Assembly (NCBI RefSeq): GCF_028641065.1
Contig: NC_073399.1
Location: forward strand, 2,790,001 to 2,854,000
Direction of reading: 5' to 3'
Length of the DNA stretch: 64,000 nucleotides
From: Leucoraja erinacea
Lineage: Eukaryota
The notes beneath the pieces are model-generated. The model ran no database searches. It had not been told where the DNA came from and saw only the letters and a list, made by a program, of their open reading frames with translations. Below, one piece after another: positions 1 through 13,504 of the stretch (its first letter is position 1; every line of letters begins with the position of its first letter). The position numbers and the translations under genes are program-made.

Positions 1-94
1 TTATAGGGACAGTGCATATTGATTAACATTTTGCATGTAAATATGCGAGATTGTAGCCAATCAGTAGCTAATTTCCGTCTCAGGTAGAGAGTTT

Positions 95-520
95 CTAGGT
101 GAGTTTGGATAAACTTGGATTGTTTTCTCTGGAACATCAGAGGTTGAGTGGAAACCTGTTAGAGGGAAATACAATTCTGAGAGTCATAGATAGGGTAGAC
201 AGTCAGAGCTTTTTTCCCAGGCTGGAAATGTCTAACACTAGAGGGCGTAGCTATAAGGTGAGGGGGGGGGCGGGAAGTTTAATGGAGATGTGCGGGGCAA
301 GCTGTTTACACAGGGAGTCGTGTGGGTTGGGAACACATTGCCAGGGGTAGTGTTAAAGGCAGATACAATAGTGGTGCTTTAGATAGGGACACATGGAATT
401 ACAAGGAATAGAGGAATTATGGATTATGTACAGGCAGATGAAATCATTTTCACTTGGCATAATATTCTGCGTTAACAATGTGGGCTGATAATCCTGTGCT
501 GTATTGTTCTATGTTCTAAA
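95..520 (+). mobile_element. CR1/HER1-type LINE 3' fragment (diverged)
   Basis: LDKLGLFSLEHQRLSGNL..TRG.S.K matches the CR1 ORF2 C-terminus; ends in a TTCTATG-type tail. Confidence 0.85.
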
Positions 521-571
521 TGTAGAGTTCAAATATACAAATTGATATCTAAATCACTTACATGATCTCAG

Positions 572-1115
572 GTCATTTGAGGAAGGACATCCTTGTGATT
601 GAGGCAGTGCAGCGTAGGTTCACCAGATTGATCCCTGGGATGGCGGGACTGTCATATGAGGAAAGATTGAAAAGACTAGGCTTGTATTCACTGGAGTTTA
701 GAAGGATGGGGGGGGGGGGGAATCTTATAGAAACATTAAACATTATAAAAGGACTGGACAAGCCAGATGCAGGAAAAATGTTCCCAATGTTGGGTGAGTC
801 CAGAACCAGGGGCCACAGTCTTAGAATAAAGGGGAGGCCATTTAAGACTGAGGTGAGAAAAAACGTTTTCACCCAGAGAGTTGTGAGTTTGTGGAATTCC
901 CTGCCACAGAGGGCAGTGGAGGCCAAGTCACTGGATGGATTTAAGAGAGAGTTAGGTAGAGCTCTCGGGGCTAGTGGAATCAAGGGATATGGGGAGAAGG
1001 CAGGCACGGGTTATTGATTGGGGACGATCAGCCATGATCACAATGAATGGTGGTGCTGGCTCGAAGGGCCGAATGGCCTCCTCCTGCACCTATTTTCTAT
1101 GTCTATGTTTCTATG
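572..1115 (+). mobile_element. CR1-type LINE 3' fragment
   Basis: VQRRFTRLIPGM.GLSYEERL..LGLYSLEFRR..FTQRVV.LWNSLP..GYGEKAGTGY*, then 3' UTR and (TTTCTATG) tail. Confidence 0.93.
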
Positions 1116-1719
1116 TAATCCTATGAAACCAGATTCAGTATTCCGCAGAGGGGGTGGGCAATGTCACAACTTTCACAAGGCTGTATATCTTTAACATGAT
1201 TACATTACAGAAACAGATACTGTAAATTGAGAATTGGCTGAGTTAACAACATGTAGCTCTTGGACACATATATAGCTCATGTTATTGCTATCTTGGGGAA
1301 TTTGTTCTCAGGAGATGAATTCTGCTGATATTCAGAGTCACAATCTATTGAATGTAGCCTTCGGACCCTGCAATGCAACTGTTCACAATAGCCTGGGAAC
1401 CCAAAGACACTTCTAGCAATCCAGTTCCTTGGCGTGTTCAGTTCCACAGATGGGTAAAGAATGGGGGTCACAGCAAGTATGAAAATAGAAACAGCAAGCT
1501 TCAACTTTTGAAACTTACATTGGCAAAATGGGGATAAATATAAAGACTTATTTCCGATTACATTGGCTCAGAATTATTCATGATAATCACTAAATTGCTA
1601 AAAGTGTGAAAATCTCATTGCAAAACACAATCATGTTAATTCACTCAAAGGGTGATGGGTGTATGGAACAAGCTGCCAGAGGAGGTAGTTGAGGCAGGGA
1701 CGTATTTAGCAACTACGAT

Positions 1720-2130
1720 CTCCTTATATTTTACTTGGGCAGCTTACAACCCAGTGTTATGAGCTTTGATTTCTCAACTTCAAGTAACCCTTGCCTTCCC
1801 TCTCTCTCTGTCGCTCTCGTTCACTGACTAGTTGCACTGTCCTTCTGATTAATTTTACTGTTTGTATGCCTCGTTGTCACCTTCCCCTCAGGCAACACTG
1901 AGCCATTCTACATTTTCTGACCTGTATCTGCTTTGATCTGTCCTTTAACACATCAAATTCACTTTGTCCCCTTCCATATCTCTAGTTTCCCTCTCCACTG
2001 ACTCTCAGCCTGAAGAAGGGTCTCGACCCGAAACATCACCCATTCCTCTACAAAGATGCTCCCGCTGAGTTACTCCAGCATTTTGTGTCTATGATCAGTG
2101 TAAACTAGCATCTGCAGTTCCTTCCTACAG
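1720..2130 (+). mobile_element. Penelope-like element 3' end (GIY-YIG tail + pseudo-LTR)
   Basis: LIFYLGSLQP..M..DFS.FK* followed by a pyrimidine-rich tract and the hammerhead-like core CTGAAGAAGGGTCTCGACCCGAAACATC (2010-2037). Confidence 0.75.
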
Positions 2131-3459
2131 GGTAATGTAATTAAGCCGAGTTCTGAGATAAAGTTTGATCAACTTTTAACATCTACTTTTGTTACAATTA
2201 AACTTGTCTATAACAGTGTAAATTCATGTCATGGAAGCAGAAATGCGCCACTTGGCCCATCGTGTCCACTCTGCTATTCAATCATGGCTGATCTATCCTT
2301 TCAATCCCTTTTTTCCTGCCTTTTTCCCATAACCCATGCTAAATCTAACAACTTTGCAATTATTTTAAAAAAAAAAAAATGAGGGGTGATGTTTTAGAGG
2401 TATACAAAATCATGAGAGGAATAGATTGTACCGTAACGTTGCCTATTTCCTCTGGGTTTCAGCCCGAAACGTTGCCTACTTCCTTCGCTCCATAGATGCT
2501 GCTGCAGCCGCTGAGTTTCTCCAGCATTTTTGTATACCAACCGTTCTATGAACATGGTCTTCCCAGAAGTATAGTGATGGCACCCTCGTACCGAATTTAT
2601 CAGGAAGAGGGAATGAAGGAAATTAGAAAATAAATGGTTAGGGTTGCCTGTTAAACCAGAACAGATTCTCCATGTGTATCCATCCACATCAACCTTAATG
2701 ATAAAACTTATGCATTTCAATGTTTTTAATATGTACATTTGAAGCAGCAGGAATGATAGTATCAAAGATGTGCAATTATTGATTTATGCCATTGTGTTTT
2801 GCTTTGCACCTAAATGCGGTAAATCAGCCTTTTAGGCTCGTTGCCATGGTGATGTCAGCCATTTAATGCAATGTTGTTCAAACAGAACTTTTGGCCTCTT
2901 GGGTAACAAATGTGACCTTAAACAGAAGGTATCATGTGTTATGTTCATCTCTCAGTCCATCAATCAAAGAAGATTAACTTTGACCCCAAGGTCAAATAAG
3001 TTGTGCTCCACTGGTCTAAGATCATTGTCTTCCTGGGTTTGGCACTTATCGCCTGGTTCGAAACATATCTGAGACACTTGCTGATTTAATTATCCCTGGT
3101 TCTGTTTTGACAAGGTCATTAATAGTTAGTCTCCAAGGACAACCTGCTATGGCTATGGTAAATCGAATGCCCTCAGCTCATTTGGCAGTCTCTCTGGATT
3201 AGGTGTTATGAAATTTTTTGAAGGCCTTAAACAACTGTGAATTACAAATGATTCCTGCTGTTTCTGTGAAGAACTTTACAAGAGACGTGCAGCAAAATGA
3301 CGTGCACTGGTTTCAGTTAAAAGTGAAACAGAGCAGCCAACAAGTGTTCACGTTTGCAAGGCATTGCTTAAAATGTATTTAAAACCACACAGTTATTTAT
3401 AAAGGCATGGTTTATACTGATGCAAACTGTAGTCTGGAGAGAGGGTGTAGACTGTGGTG

Positions 3460-4280
3460 AAGACACAATGTTCTGAAGGATAAGATATCCATGCATAAGA
3501 ATCTGAGGGATAAGATAGCACGCATTTGGAAAGACGGGAATTGATTAGGGATAGTCAGCGTGGTTTTATGCAGTGGGATTGTGTTTCAGGGATTTGATTG
3601 AGTGTTTTGAGGAAATAGCCAAGTGTTGGTGAGGGCAGGGCCGGCCTTAAGCCAAATGGACCAATTGCGCCCAATTGGGCCCCGCGCCTGAGGGGGCCCC
3701 GCGCTAGAGTCATCTATCCTCTATGTACTTTTCAGAGGTGATCTACACATTTTGTTTGCACTTGTAGGCATACATGTATGCAATTTTATATTAAAATGTA
3801 GTTTAGATCTGTTTGGTCCATTAAGTGGCAGGGCTTTTTAAGCGCACATTTTGATTGCTTTCCATTCTACCATTCCATAATAGACTTTATTTATATTTCT
3901 ATGATTCTACAGACCTTGGCTGGGAACCTGGGGCTCACCAAAATTGTTCCCAATTGGGCCCCGCACCTGCTAAGGCCAGCCCTGGGTGAGGGTAGGTTTA
4001 TAGATGAAGTCGACATGGACACCAGGAAGGTTACACAAAAAAGCTGGAGAAACTCAGCGGGTGCAGCAGCATCTATGGAGCGAAGGAAATAGGCAACGTT
4101 TCGGGTCGAAACCCTTCTTCAGACACCAGGAAGGTTTTGCATAAGGTTCTGCATGGTCGGTTGCTCTGTAAGGTTCGATTGCTTGGGATCCAGGGTGAGC
4201 AAGTTAATGGGATATGGAATTGCCTTCATGGCGGGAAGAAGAGGGTGGTGTTTTTTTGGACTGGAGGCCTGTGTCTAGGG
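3460..4280 (+). mobile_element. Old CR1 reverse-transcriptase fragment with two nested insertions
   Basis: ILRDKI..HLE..LIRDSQ.GF..LIE.FEE..GEGR / D..MD..K F.KV.HGRL pieces, interrupted at 3636-3984 and 4033-4121. Confidence 0.75.
3636..3984. mobile_element. Non-autonomous hAT-type DNA transposon (MITE)
   Basis: TIRs CAGGGCCGGCCTTA ... TAAGGCCAGCCCTG; perfect 8-bp TSD GGTGAGGG (3628-3635, 3985-3992). An 8-bp TSD is typical of hAT elements. Confidence 0.9.
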
Positions 4281-5029
4281 GCAAGAGTGAAATGAGAGTG
4301 TGGCCGGGGCTTTTTGAGGTAGCGACTCCTGTAGATCCCTTCGATCATTGATAAGTTTCTCTTGGTATCATGTAAAATATATATATATAATTTTAGTGTA
4401 TTTAACGATTTCATGACTCATGTGTTTGCAATGCACTTGTGACTTCTGCAAAACTTTCATCCAACTTTTTCATACAAATCAGTTTAGAATAAATTAATTT
4501 AAGAAAACAACAAGTCAGATAAGGTAGACACAAAACGCTGGAGTAACTCAGCGAGTCACAGTGAACTGAAATATAATTGTTTGGCTGACAACCTCCTATA
4601 ATAACTTCAGTAAAATAACTTGGAAAATATCCATGGTCTGAATATATTCCATTCTGGCCCAAATTAGGATATTCTGCTTGTCCTTGTGAGCGATAGAGTT
4701 TGTTCCTTACTCAACCAGTGAAAAAGAGGTGGTAGCTGCGGAGGGCAACTTGCTAGACTGTCGTCCTACTGTTGTAGGTGACATCCATAAGTGGCCTCCA
4801 TTTGGGTTATGCCAACATTGTATTCAGGCTAAGAAATGGGGCATGGATCTCTGAAGTTAAAACAAAACATTCCAGTTTTAGTACTTTTACGATGGGGGTA
4901 AAGGAGAATTGTTATCTTCATCTCCGGGTTGGGGGTGAAGGCAAGGGGAGAGGTCATACACAAATCCCCGTGGCTGCACCCCCAACCTACCTTATGTAAC
5001 AAACTGAGGAGATAACAAGATGCACAAAC

Positions 5030-5445
5030 TACATTTCCCAGCATTCACTCCGACACTTTATGCTGTCTGGAAACCCACCAACATAACCAAAGACTTGCCC
5101 CACCTCAGTCAGCTTTCTTCTCCCCTGCTCCCATCTGGCAGAAGAAACANNNNNNNNNNNNNNNNNNNNNNNNNNNNNNNNNNNNNNNNNNNNNNNNNNN
5201 NNNNNNNNNNNNNNNNNNNNNNNNNNNNNNNNNNNNNNNNNNNNNNNNNNNNNNNNNNNNNNNNNNNNNNNNNNNNNNNNNNNNNNNNNNNNNNNNNNNN
5301 NNNNNNNNNNCATTCCTCTCTGTTATCAGGCTTCTGAATCTATTGCATTTGAGTTTGCCTTGATTGTATCTATGTGTGGTATATCTGATCTGTTTGGATA
5401 GCATGCTTTTCACTGTACCCTCAATGCACGTGACAATTATAAACT
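5030..5445 (+). mobile_element. Rex1/Babar-type LINE 3' fragment spanning an N gap
   Basis: I.KD..H....PLLPSGRR motif before the gap; GTGACAAT-type tail after it. Confidence 0.6.
5150..5310. other. Assembly gap (161 N)
   Basis: N run. Confidence 1.
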
Positions 5446-5647
5446 CAGGTGACCACGCCATTTTACTGGCAAATGTCCGAGTCACAATCTGGGCTAAAAT
5501 ATTTACTTGGTAGAGTTGAAAATTGAGATTATGGAAGATCTTAAAAGTATAGGGTTGATCCTGGAAGAGAAATGAGAGAGCTTGGAAGGATTTGTCCTCA
5601 TGAAGGAAGCCAGTTGCAGGAGAGAAGCATGGAATGAGGGGACTAAT

Positions 5648-6095
5648 GGGCCTGTCCCATGACTGTCATAGTCATGGCAGGTCGCCGAAAAACCGGCAAC
5701 TGGATCCCCCTACGACAATGTCTATGACAAATGTCTACAACAACCTACCACCTAGTCGATGTCCAGCTACATCAAGCTGCCCACCGCCAGCGACCCATTA
5801 GGATGTCCACCTACGACCACACCTACGACAACCTACGTCCACCTGCGATAAGCTACGACTACGATATCCTGGTGACAGCCTACGACAGTACCTACATCAG
5901 GAGAAGTCAAGCTACACTCGTTGGCGCCAAGCCGACTGTCACCGACTGTCACCGAAAAGTTTTAAGCATTTCAAAATCCAGCGGCGACCAGAAAAACGCT
6001 TCGATTCGTTGGCCGACTGAGGAGACGATTCGCGACCATACAGGTGACAGCCCGGCCACCACGTGGCAACAGCCTAGTCACCTAAACAAATCGAC
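5648..6095. mobile_element. Putative PIF/Harbinger-like MITE remnant with internal CTACGAC repeats
   Basis: Begins GGGCCTGTCCCA (same terminus at 17324 and 62329); CpG-rich body with many CTACGAC/CTACAAC units. Confidence 0.55.
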
Positions 6096-8690
6096 TCAGT
6101 GGTTCAGGGGCATAGGAAGCATATTTGGGAATATCAAATAGAAAATATCTGTTGAGGTGGCGCCAGAGTGTACCGGGACTATCGTAAACTGTGGCATGAG
6201 GTGTGCAGCCAGTGGAAAGGCTCCCTTACAGTGCAAGGTTCGGGGAGTGGAATGCAACCTTGACAAGGATTGTAACATAGTTGTTTAATTTTCAGTATAT
6301 TGGTATTTAAGAATATTTGTTTTACTTTGTGCTGTGGTGATGGATATTATTTTGTATTGTAAATATTATTCTTCTAAATGATTGATTAAAATTATTTTGG
6401 TGTTGGAAAAAAACAGCGCAAGGTTCAATTCTGGTCTCTGGTTTGTGTGGAGCAATGCACACTCTCCCTGTGATCCTTTGGTTGCTCGTGTTTCCTCCCG
6501 CGTCCCAGAGGCACGCAGGTTGGTCGCAAACTGTACATTGCACCAGGTGAGTGAAAACCTGGGGGAAGTTGACAAGAACATGAGGTGAATAAAAATGTCT
6601 GTTTCTGTGTGGAATGAATGTCTATGACTAACATAAATGAACGTTAGCTACTCGCCATGGGGTAGATGACATACAGGAACGACAGATAAGCAATTCTCAA
6701 GATGGCCAATGTTCATTCCACTTCCCCGTCAGAGTAGATGGATGTAACACAAGGGAGAAATTCAAAAAGCAACTTCGGAAAATATAACAATAATATGAAG
6801 TGGCCCTTTAACGTTTTCACTGCTAGATTCCTTGTGATGATGGTGGACAGGGAGCATCTCTGGAGGACATGGATGGATGATGTTTCAAGTTGGGACCTTT
6901 CTTCATATCTTCCTATCATGACTTAGGTTTGAGGATGGTTCTGGAGGTGATGGAGATCCCGTAAAGAATCTTGGTTTGTCTTGATTGATTGATTGATTGA
7001 AAGATACAGATTGGAAACAGGCCCTTCGGCCCAACGGATCCACGCCGACACTCGATCACCCGTTGACACTAGTTCTCACTTTGGCATCCACTCCCGACAC
7101 ACTAGTGGGATTTACAGAAGCCAATTAATCGATAAACCACGTGCCTTTTGGAATATGGGAGGAGACCCATTCGGTCGAGAAAGAACGTGCAAACTCTATG
7201 TAGGTCAGGATCAAACACAGGTCTCCGGCACTGCCAGGCAGCAGGTCTACCAGCTTTGTCATCTTACCCAGTGAAATGACCCAAGGTAGCTGTTGGCGTT
7301 ACATTCAGCTCGGAATTAAGCGATTCCATCCAAAATCTATTTCAATTTGGTCTTGTTTATTTTAGAAATACAGCATTGAAACATGCCCTTCGGCCCATCG
7401 AGTCCATGCTGTCCAACCACCTCCCGTATACTAGTGCTATGTTATACCCGTTTTGCATCCTACGCCTAAGAGTAATTTTAATTTGCAGAAGCTAATTAAC
7501 CGTCAAACCGGCTCGCCTTTGAAATGTGGGAGGAAACTGGAGCACCCAGAGTAAACCCATGCAGTCACAGGGAGAACCTGCAAACTCCACATAGGCAGGA
7601 CATGTAGTCAGGAACCACTGTGCTGCCGGCCCCATAGCAGAAGCGTCCACATCACGGGGCTGGAAACTGGAAGTATCCCGAGTTAATTCTGCTACCACCA
7701 TCATCTATTGCAACAAGTGACGGCTCCCACTGATTGTCGCCGGACGTTTGCGTCCTTTACAGGACGGACGATGGCAGCAATGTCAACATTTGAAACATGG
7801 AAAATGGACACGAAAGAATAAGACTATGTTGCCATATTCAACCTCGTGATGAATCGTATTCTCCTGACCAGTGGAAGAAAGAAGAAAAGTTGACCATTAA
7901 GATTCTTCTTGCTTTATATTCAGACATGCACCTCGCCAACGGACAGTCACACAAGTCCGTGACAATACTCAATGCATGTAGGATATCCTCCTTTTTGCTA
8001 ACTCAAAGGGAATTGCTGGGAAGAAGTAACCCAAGGGAATCCCTGCCGTGCGAGAACATAACAGTGCGGAAAATATTTAATTTGTGCTTAAATAAACTTT
8101 TTGGCAATGTAGCAATATGATAATTAGCACAAGTGCTCAGAGGTGACACGGGCCCAAAGTGAATGTATCGCCCTTACTTGAGGGAGTCCAGGACTTTCAC
8201 TTGGGATGTGCTCCAAGTTCTAGTATTTCACACAATTTATAGGGATTTTTTTTCACAATGAATATTTTTGCCTAAATTGGAGTTGAAAACACACAGCGCG
8301 TCTTTCACAAGGGCTGTGATGAACCAAAGTAAGTGTTAGTCCCAGAAGACCACTCGAAAAGTCAAACGTCTGAGCGGTTCAAATATTTGGCAAAAAACAA
8401 ACTTTTAGTCATACATTCTGTTATGTAATATTTTTTCAACTGGACCCACCCTGGCAGAACTTTAAAAAATATGCTGAAGTCTTTGAAATTGCAAAATACA
8501 TCTGAAAATTATTTGTCTGAAATGTTAAACTGCTCTTTACAATGTGTGGTTGGGTTGAGAAGGTAAATAATCAGTTTGCTATCCAACAGTCATGTTTTTA
8601 CTTTGAGGTACCCCAGTGCCATGCTTTACTTCTGCCATAAAGGTGGGCATGTTACTTCACAGGGGTGGTCAAAAAGGCTTTTGGCACATT

Positions 8691-9350
8691 AACCATATAA
8701 CAAACCACATAACAATTACAGCACGGAAACAGGCCATCTCGGCCCTACAAGTCCGTGCCGAACAACCTTTTTCCCTTAGTCCCACCTGCCTGCACTCATA
8801 CCATAACCCTCCATTCCCTTCTCATCCATATGCCTATCCAATTTATTTTTAAATTATACCAATGAACCTGCCTCCACCATTTCCACTGGAAGCTCATTCC
8901 ACACCGCTACCACTCTCTGAGTAAAGAAGTTCCCCCTCATATTACCCCTAAACTTCTGTCCCTTAATTCTGAAGTCATGTCCTCTCGTTTGAATCTTCCC
9001 TATTCTCAAAGGGAAAAAGCTTGTCCACATCAACTCTGTCTATCCCTCTCATCATTTTAAAGACCTCTATCAAGTCCCCCCTTAACCTTCTGCGCTCCAG
9101 AGAATAAAGACCTAACTTATTCAACCTATCTCTGTAACTTAGTTGTTGAAACCCAGGCAACATTCTAGTAAATCTCCTCTGTACTCTCTCTATTTTGTTG
9201 ACATCCTTCCTATAATTGGGCGACCAAAATTGTACACCATACTCCAATTTGGTCTCACACAATGCCTTGTACAATTTTAACATTACATCCCAGCTTCTAT
9301 ACTCAATGCTCTGATTTATAAAGGCTAGCATACCAAAAGCTTTCTTTACA
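8691..9350 (-). mobile_element. CR1/HER1 LINE 3' fragment
   Basis: KAFGMLAFINQSIEYRS..QFWSP.YRKD..ERVQRRFTRMLPG..LYSLERRRLRGDLIEVFK; (TTATATG) tail. Confidence 0.92.
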
Positions 9351-9930
9351 TTGGCCTTCATCAGTCAGAGCATTGAGTATAGAAGTAGGGAGGTCATGTT
9401 GCAATTGTATTAAACTTTGCTGAGGACACATTTAAAGTATTGTGTTCAGTTTGGGCACCATGTGGCAGGAAAGATGGTGTTAAACTGGAAAAGGTGCAGA
9501 GAAGATTCACGAGGATGTTGCCAGGACTCGAGGGTCTGAGCTATAGGGAGAGGTTGTGCAGGGAAGGACGCGATTCCTTGGAGTGCAGGAGGATGAGGGG
9601 TGGTCTTATAAAGGTGCACAAAATCATGAGAGGAATAGATCTGGTAGAGTCCCTTGCCCAGAGTAGGGGAATCAAGAACCAGATGACATAGGTTTAAGGT
9701 GAGGGGGGAAAGATTTAATAGGAACCTGAGGGGTAACATTTTCACACGAAGGGTGGTGGGTGTATGGAATGAACTGCCGGAGGAGGTAGTTGAGGCGGGT
9801 ACTATCAGATTCAGATTCAGATTCAATTTAATTGTCATTGTCAGTGTACAGTACAGAGACAACGAAATGCATTAGAGACAACGAAATGCATTAGAGACAA
9901 CGAAATCGCGACGTTTCAGAAACATTTGGA
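9351..9930 (+). mobile_element. CR1 LINE fragment, head-to-head with the previous copy, interrupted by a short LINE tail
   Basis: LAFISQSIEYRS..LEKVQRRFTRMLPGLEGLSY; insertion about 9807-9905 with (AGATTC)3 and a 19-bp unit AGAGACAACGAAATGCATT x3 (last partial). Confidence 0.85.
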
Positions 9931-10619
9931 ATGTGGGAGAAACCTGAGCACCTGGAGAAATCCCACTCAGTCGCAGAGAGAACGTGTAAACTCCGTACAG
10001 ACAGCACCCTTAGTCAGGATCGAACCTGGGTTTCTGCCGCTGTAAAGCAGCAACTCTACCGCTGCGCCACCGTGCCGCCCTAAGTGAGTTATTTGTTAAC
10101 TTGTATCAGAGGGTTACTCAGATTCACAGAGCAAGTCTGGCACATATGTGGAATGCACTATGCATGGTCCTGACACACAGTGTGCAATGTGTAACGCTGG
10201 CCGGGAGCTTCAATGTGCTCCATATCCACATGACATACAACTTGAGGCAGACACATTATCAAAGAATAACTCATTTTGGCGTTCTGTCCTATCGAAGGGT
10301 TAGATTTCTCAGTTTATGGGCTGCATCAGGCCAGTTATTGAATCCAGATGCCTGGGCTCAGAGACAATAAATACAGGGGAAAGCGTTGTACGTTGAAATG
10401 AACAAAGTGCTCTGTGTTCTTTTCTGAATATTTGAATAAGAAGCCATAACCAAAGGAATGACGGCTTGAATGTTGTTACCAACTTCTATGTTTACATTTC
10501 CATTGCTCTTAAGCGTGACATAAGTCAGTCGGTCATCTTTCAATCGCATCTCACTCAGGTCCAATAAAACACGAACCTTTCTCGCCTAAGCAGCTTTTAG
10601 ACTTTACACGTTGCGCGAG

Positions 10620-10922
10620 ACTTTGGAGATACAGCGTGGAAACTGGCCCTACGGCCCACCGAGTCACGCGACCAGTCATCACCACATACATTAACACTAT
10701 CCTACACACACTAGGGAGAATTTTACAATTTTACTGAAGCCAATTAACCTACAAGCCTGTACGTCTTCGGAGTGCGGGAGGAAACCGGAGCACCCAGAGA
10801 AAACCCTTGCGGTCACAGGGAGAATGGACAAACTCCACACAGCTAGCACCCGTAGTCAGAATTGACCCAGGGTTGCTGGCGCTGTGAGGCAGCAACTCTA
10901 CTGCTGTGCCACTGTGCTGCCC
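10620..10922 (-). mobile_element. HE1-type tRNA-derived V-SINE
   Basis: A-box/B-box head, central GGTTTCCTCCC core, LINE-derived tail GGGCCG.AGGGCC.GTTTCC. Confidence 0.88.
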
Positions 10923-11569
10923 TAAATGCTCATGGTCACCCAGGGCTTCATACAAGCAATGCATGGGCTCTTCCGCTGAGCTCTATTCCCAACGCCTTCT
11001 GGAAGCAATGACACATAATAACCATAGAATGCTGACAACTAATAATTAATAATTTCCTCATATCATGTACAAAACTACCATGTGTTTCAGCTTGTGCTTT
11101 TTTAGATAATGACTAGCATTGGACAAGATTCCCTTCTCCAAGACATGAGGGAGGAGGTGAGACAAGGAACTACAGATGCTGGTTTACAAAAAAGGACACA
11201 AAGTGCTGAAGTAACTGAATGGGTCAGGCAGCATCTTTGGAAGACTCTAGGCAACGCTTCTGGTAGGGGCCCTTCTTCATTAATTGTAGTGGGGGGTCGG
11301 GGGAGGAGAAAGATGGGAAAAGATGTGGGGGTAGAACAAGGCCTGGCAAGTTTGGCTAGCACAATGGCACAGCGGTAGAGTTGCTGCCTTACAGCGCCAG
11401 AGATCCGGGTTCGATCCTGACTACGGGTGCTGCCTGTATGGAGTTTGTATGTTCTCCCAATGTAGACAGAAACTGCTGGAGTAACTCAGCGGGACAGGCA
11501 GCATCTCGGGAGAGAAGGAATAATGTCATTGTATGTTCTCCCTGTGACCACGTGGGTTTTGTCCAAGAT

Positions 11570-11915
11570 TATTAAGGGTTTGGACAAGCTGTTCCCAATG
11601 TTGCGGGAAGTCCAGAACCAGGGTCCACAGTTTATGAATAAAGGGTAAAGCATTTAGAACGAAGATGAGGAAACACTTTTTCACACAGAGTTGTGAGTCT
11701 GTGGAATTCTCTGCCTCAGAGGGCAGTGGAGACTGGTTCTATGGATACTTTCAAGAGAGAGCTAGATAGGGCTCTTGAAGATAGCAGAGTCAGGGGATAT
11801 GGGGAGAAGGCAGGAACGGGGGGTACTGATAGTGGATGATCAGGCATGATCACATTGAATGGCAGTGCTGGCTCGAAGGGCCGAATGGCCTACTCCTGCA
11901 TCTATTGTCTATTGC
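11570..11915 (+). mobile_element. CR1 3' fragment nested in an HE1 SINE (11355-12095)
   Basis: SINE head 11355-11460, Penelope-derived piece 11461-11520, CR1 tail, then the SINE resumes at about 11915. Confidence 0.8.
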
Positions 11916-12663
11916 TCTGGTTTCCTCCCACACTCCACAGTCATGCAGGTTTGTAAGTTAATCAGCTTTGATTAAAAAAGTTGTAAATTGTGACTACTGT
12001 GTAGGATAGTGCTAGTGTACAGGGGTCACTGGTCAGAGTGGACACAGTGGGCCAAAGGACCTGCTTCCACACTGTATCTCTAAAGTCTAAAGTCCAGAGT
12101 GATAGGCGGATAATCAGTGAGAATTCCAACCTCCTGATGTTCATTATCTTTGTATGCAACCTGCCACACTCTAAATATAATTGGGATTATCTACAGTGAG
12201 ACAAATACTTGGGAAAATGGATGAGGCAAAGATGAAAGAGTCACGGACCATAAGATTTCACAGCAGCCAAACCCTTCATATTCTTTCAAAGAGCAAAGTC
12301 CTTCTTCCATCCTCTGTTCCCATAACTTGGCAATTTTTTTATTTCCAGACATTTTCCCCAAGATTGTGACTGGTGTTTAACATAGGCTCTTCTACCGAGC
12401 TAAATAAATAATGTCCTTTCTTAACTCAAAAAAAAACCCTCATCTTTTTTAACATTTCCCTTAAATCTATTGTATCATGCACCACCTCTAAATAGGACCC
12501 ATCCCTAATATTGGTTGCTACACCCTCGCCACTAACTCAAGGTACTTTCTCGATTTGCAATGAAGCCACTGAGAATAGAAACCAGGAGTGTGGTGAGATG
12601 AATGGAACCTAATAAGCTGAGTTCTTACAAATGAAATCAAATCCATCCCTCCGCCCTGGGTGA

Positions 12664-13010
12664 AATAATAATAATAATAACTTTATTTATAAAGCACTTT
12701 AAACAACTGCAGTTGCCACAAAGTGCTGTACATGAGAACTCATGGACAAGAAGTTATTACAAACCATTAAAAACCGTAAAAGAAAGGACTATAAAAACAG
12801 TAACAATTAAAAGACATTAAAAGCACTAAAAACAGGAGCAATGTCTCAACCAGTGTCGAAAGCCAGAGAATAAAAATGAGTTTTTAGGGTGGATTTGAAG
12901 ATGGACAGTGAGGGGGCCTGTCTGATGTGCAACGGCAAGGTGTTCCAGAGTGCCGGAGCAGCAACAGAAAAGGCTCTATCTCCTCTGAGCTTCCGCTTAG
13001 ACCTTGGTAC
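12664..13010 (-). mobile_element. L2-clade LINE 3' end
   Basis: Minus frame VPRSKRKLRGDRAFSVAAPALWNTLPLHIRQAPSLSIFKSTLKTHFY; (ATT)n tail. Related tail at 44985-45170. Confidence 0.85.
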
Positions 13011-13104
13011 CTAACTAGAATCTAACTAGAAACCTCTAAGGTGTAGAACACAAAAAGTTGGACTAACCCAACGGCTCAAGCAGCATATCTGAAGAAACAT
13101 GATG

Positions 13105-13450
13105 TAGACAATAGACAACAGACAATAGACAATACTGTAGGTGCAGGAGTAGGCCATTCGGTCCTTCGAGACAGCACCACCATTCACTGTGATAATGGCT
13201 GATCATCCACAATCAGTGCCCCGTTCCTGCCTTCTCCCCATATCCCTGGACTCCGCTATCTTTAAGAGCTCTCTCTAACTCTCTCATGAAAGCATTGAGA
13301 ATTGGCCTCCACTGCCTTCTGAGGCAGAGAATTCCACAGATTGGCAACTTTCTGGGTGAAAAGGTTTATCCTCATCTCTCTTTTAAATGGCCGACCCCTT
13401 ATTCTTAAACTGTGGGCCCTGGTTCTAGACTCCCCCAACATTGGGAACAT
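13105..13450 (-). mobile_element. CR1 3' fragment
   Basis: MFPMLGESRTRAHSLRIRGRPFK..FTQKVANLWNSLPQ; (TCTATTG) tail. Confidence 0.88.
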
Positions 13451-13504
13451 TGGGGAAAAAGCCCTTGTATGTACCCACATGACTTGCCAGGCTTTGTCCC
13501 ACCC

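Noticed and set aside
2866-3072. ORF containing LLGNKCDL (Rab G4-like NKxD) with a nearby X-box-like GTTGCCATGGTGA
   Set aside because: Isolated 8-aa match, weak splice sites, and no other GTPase motifs or exons found.
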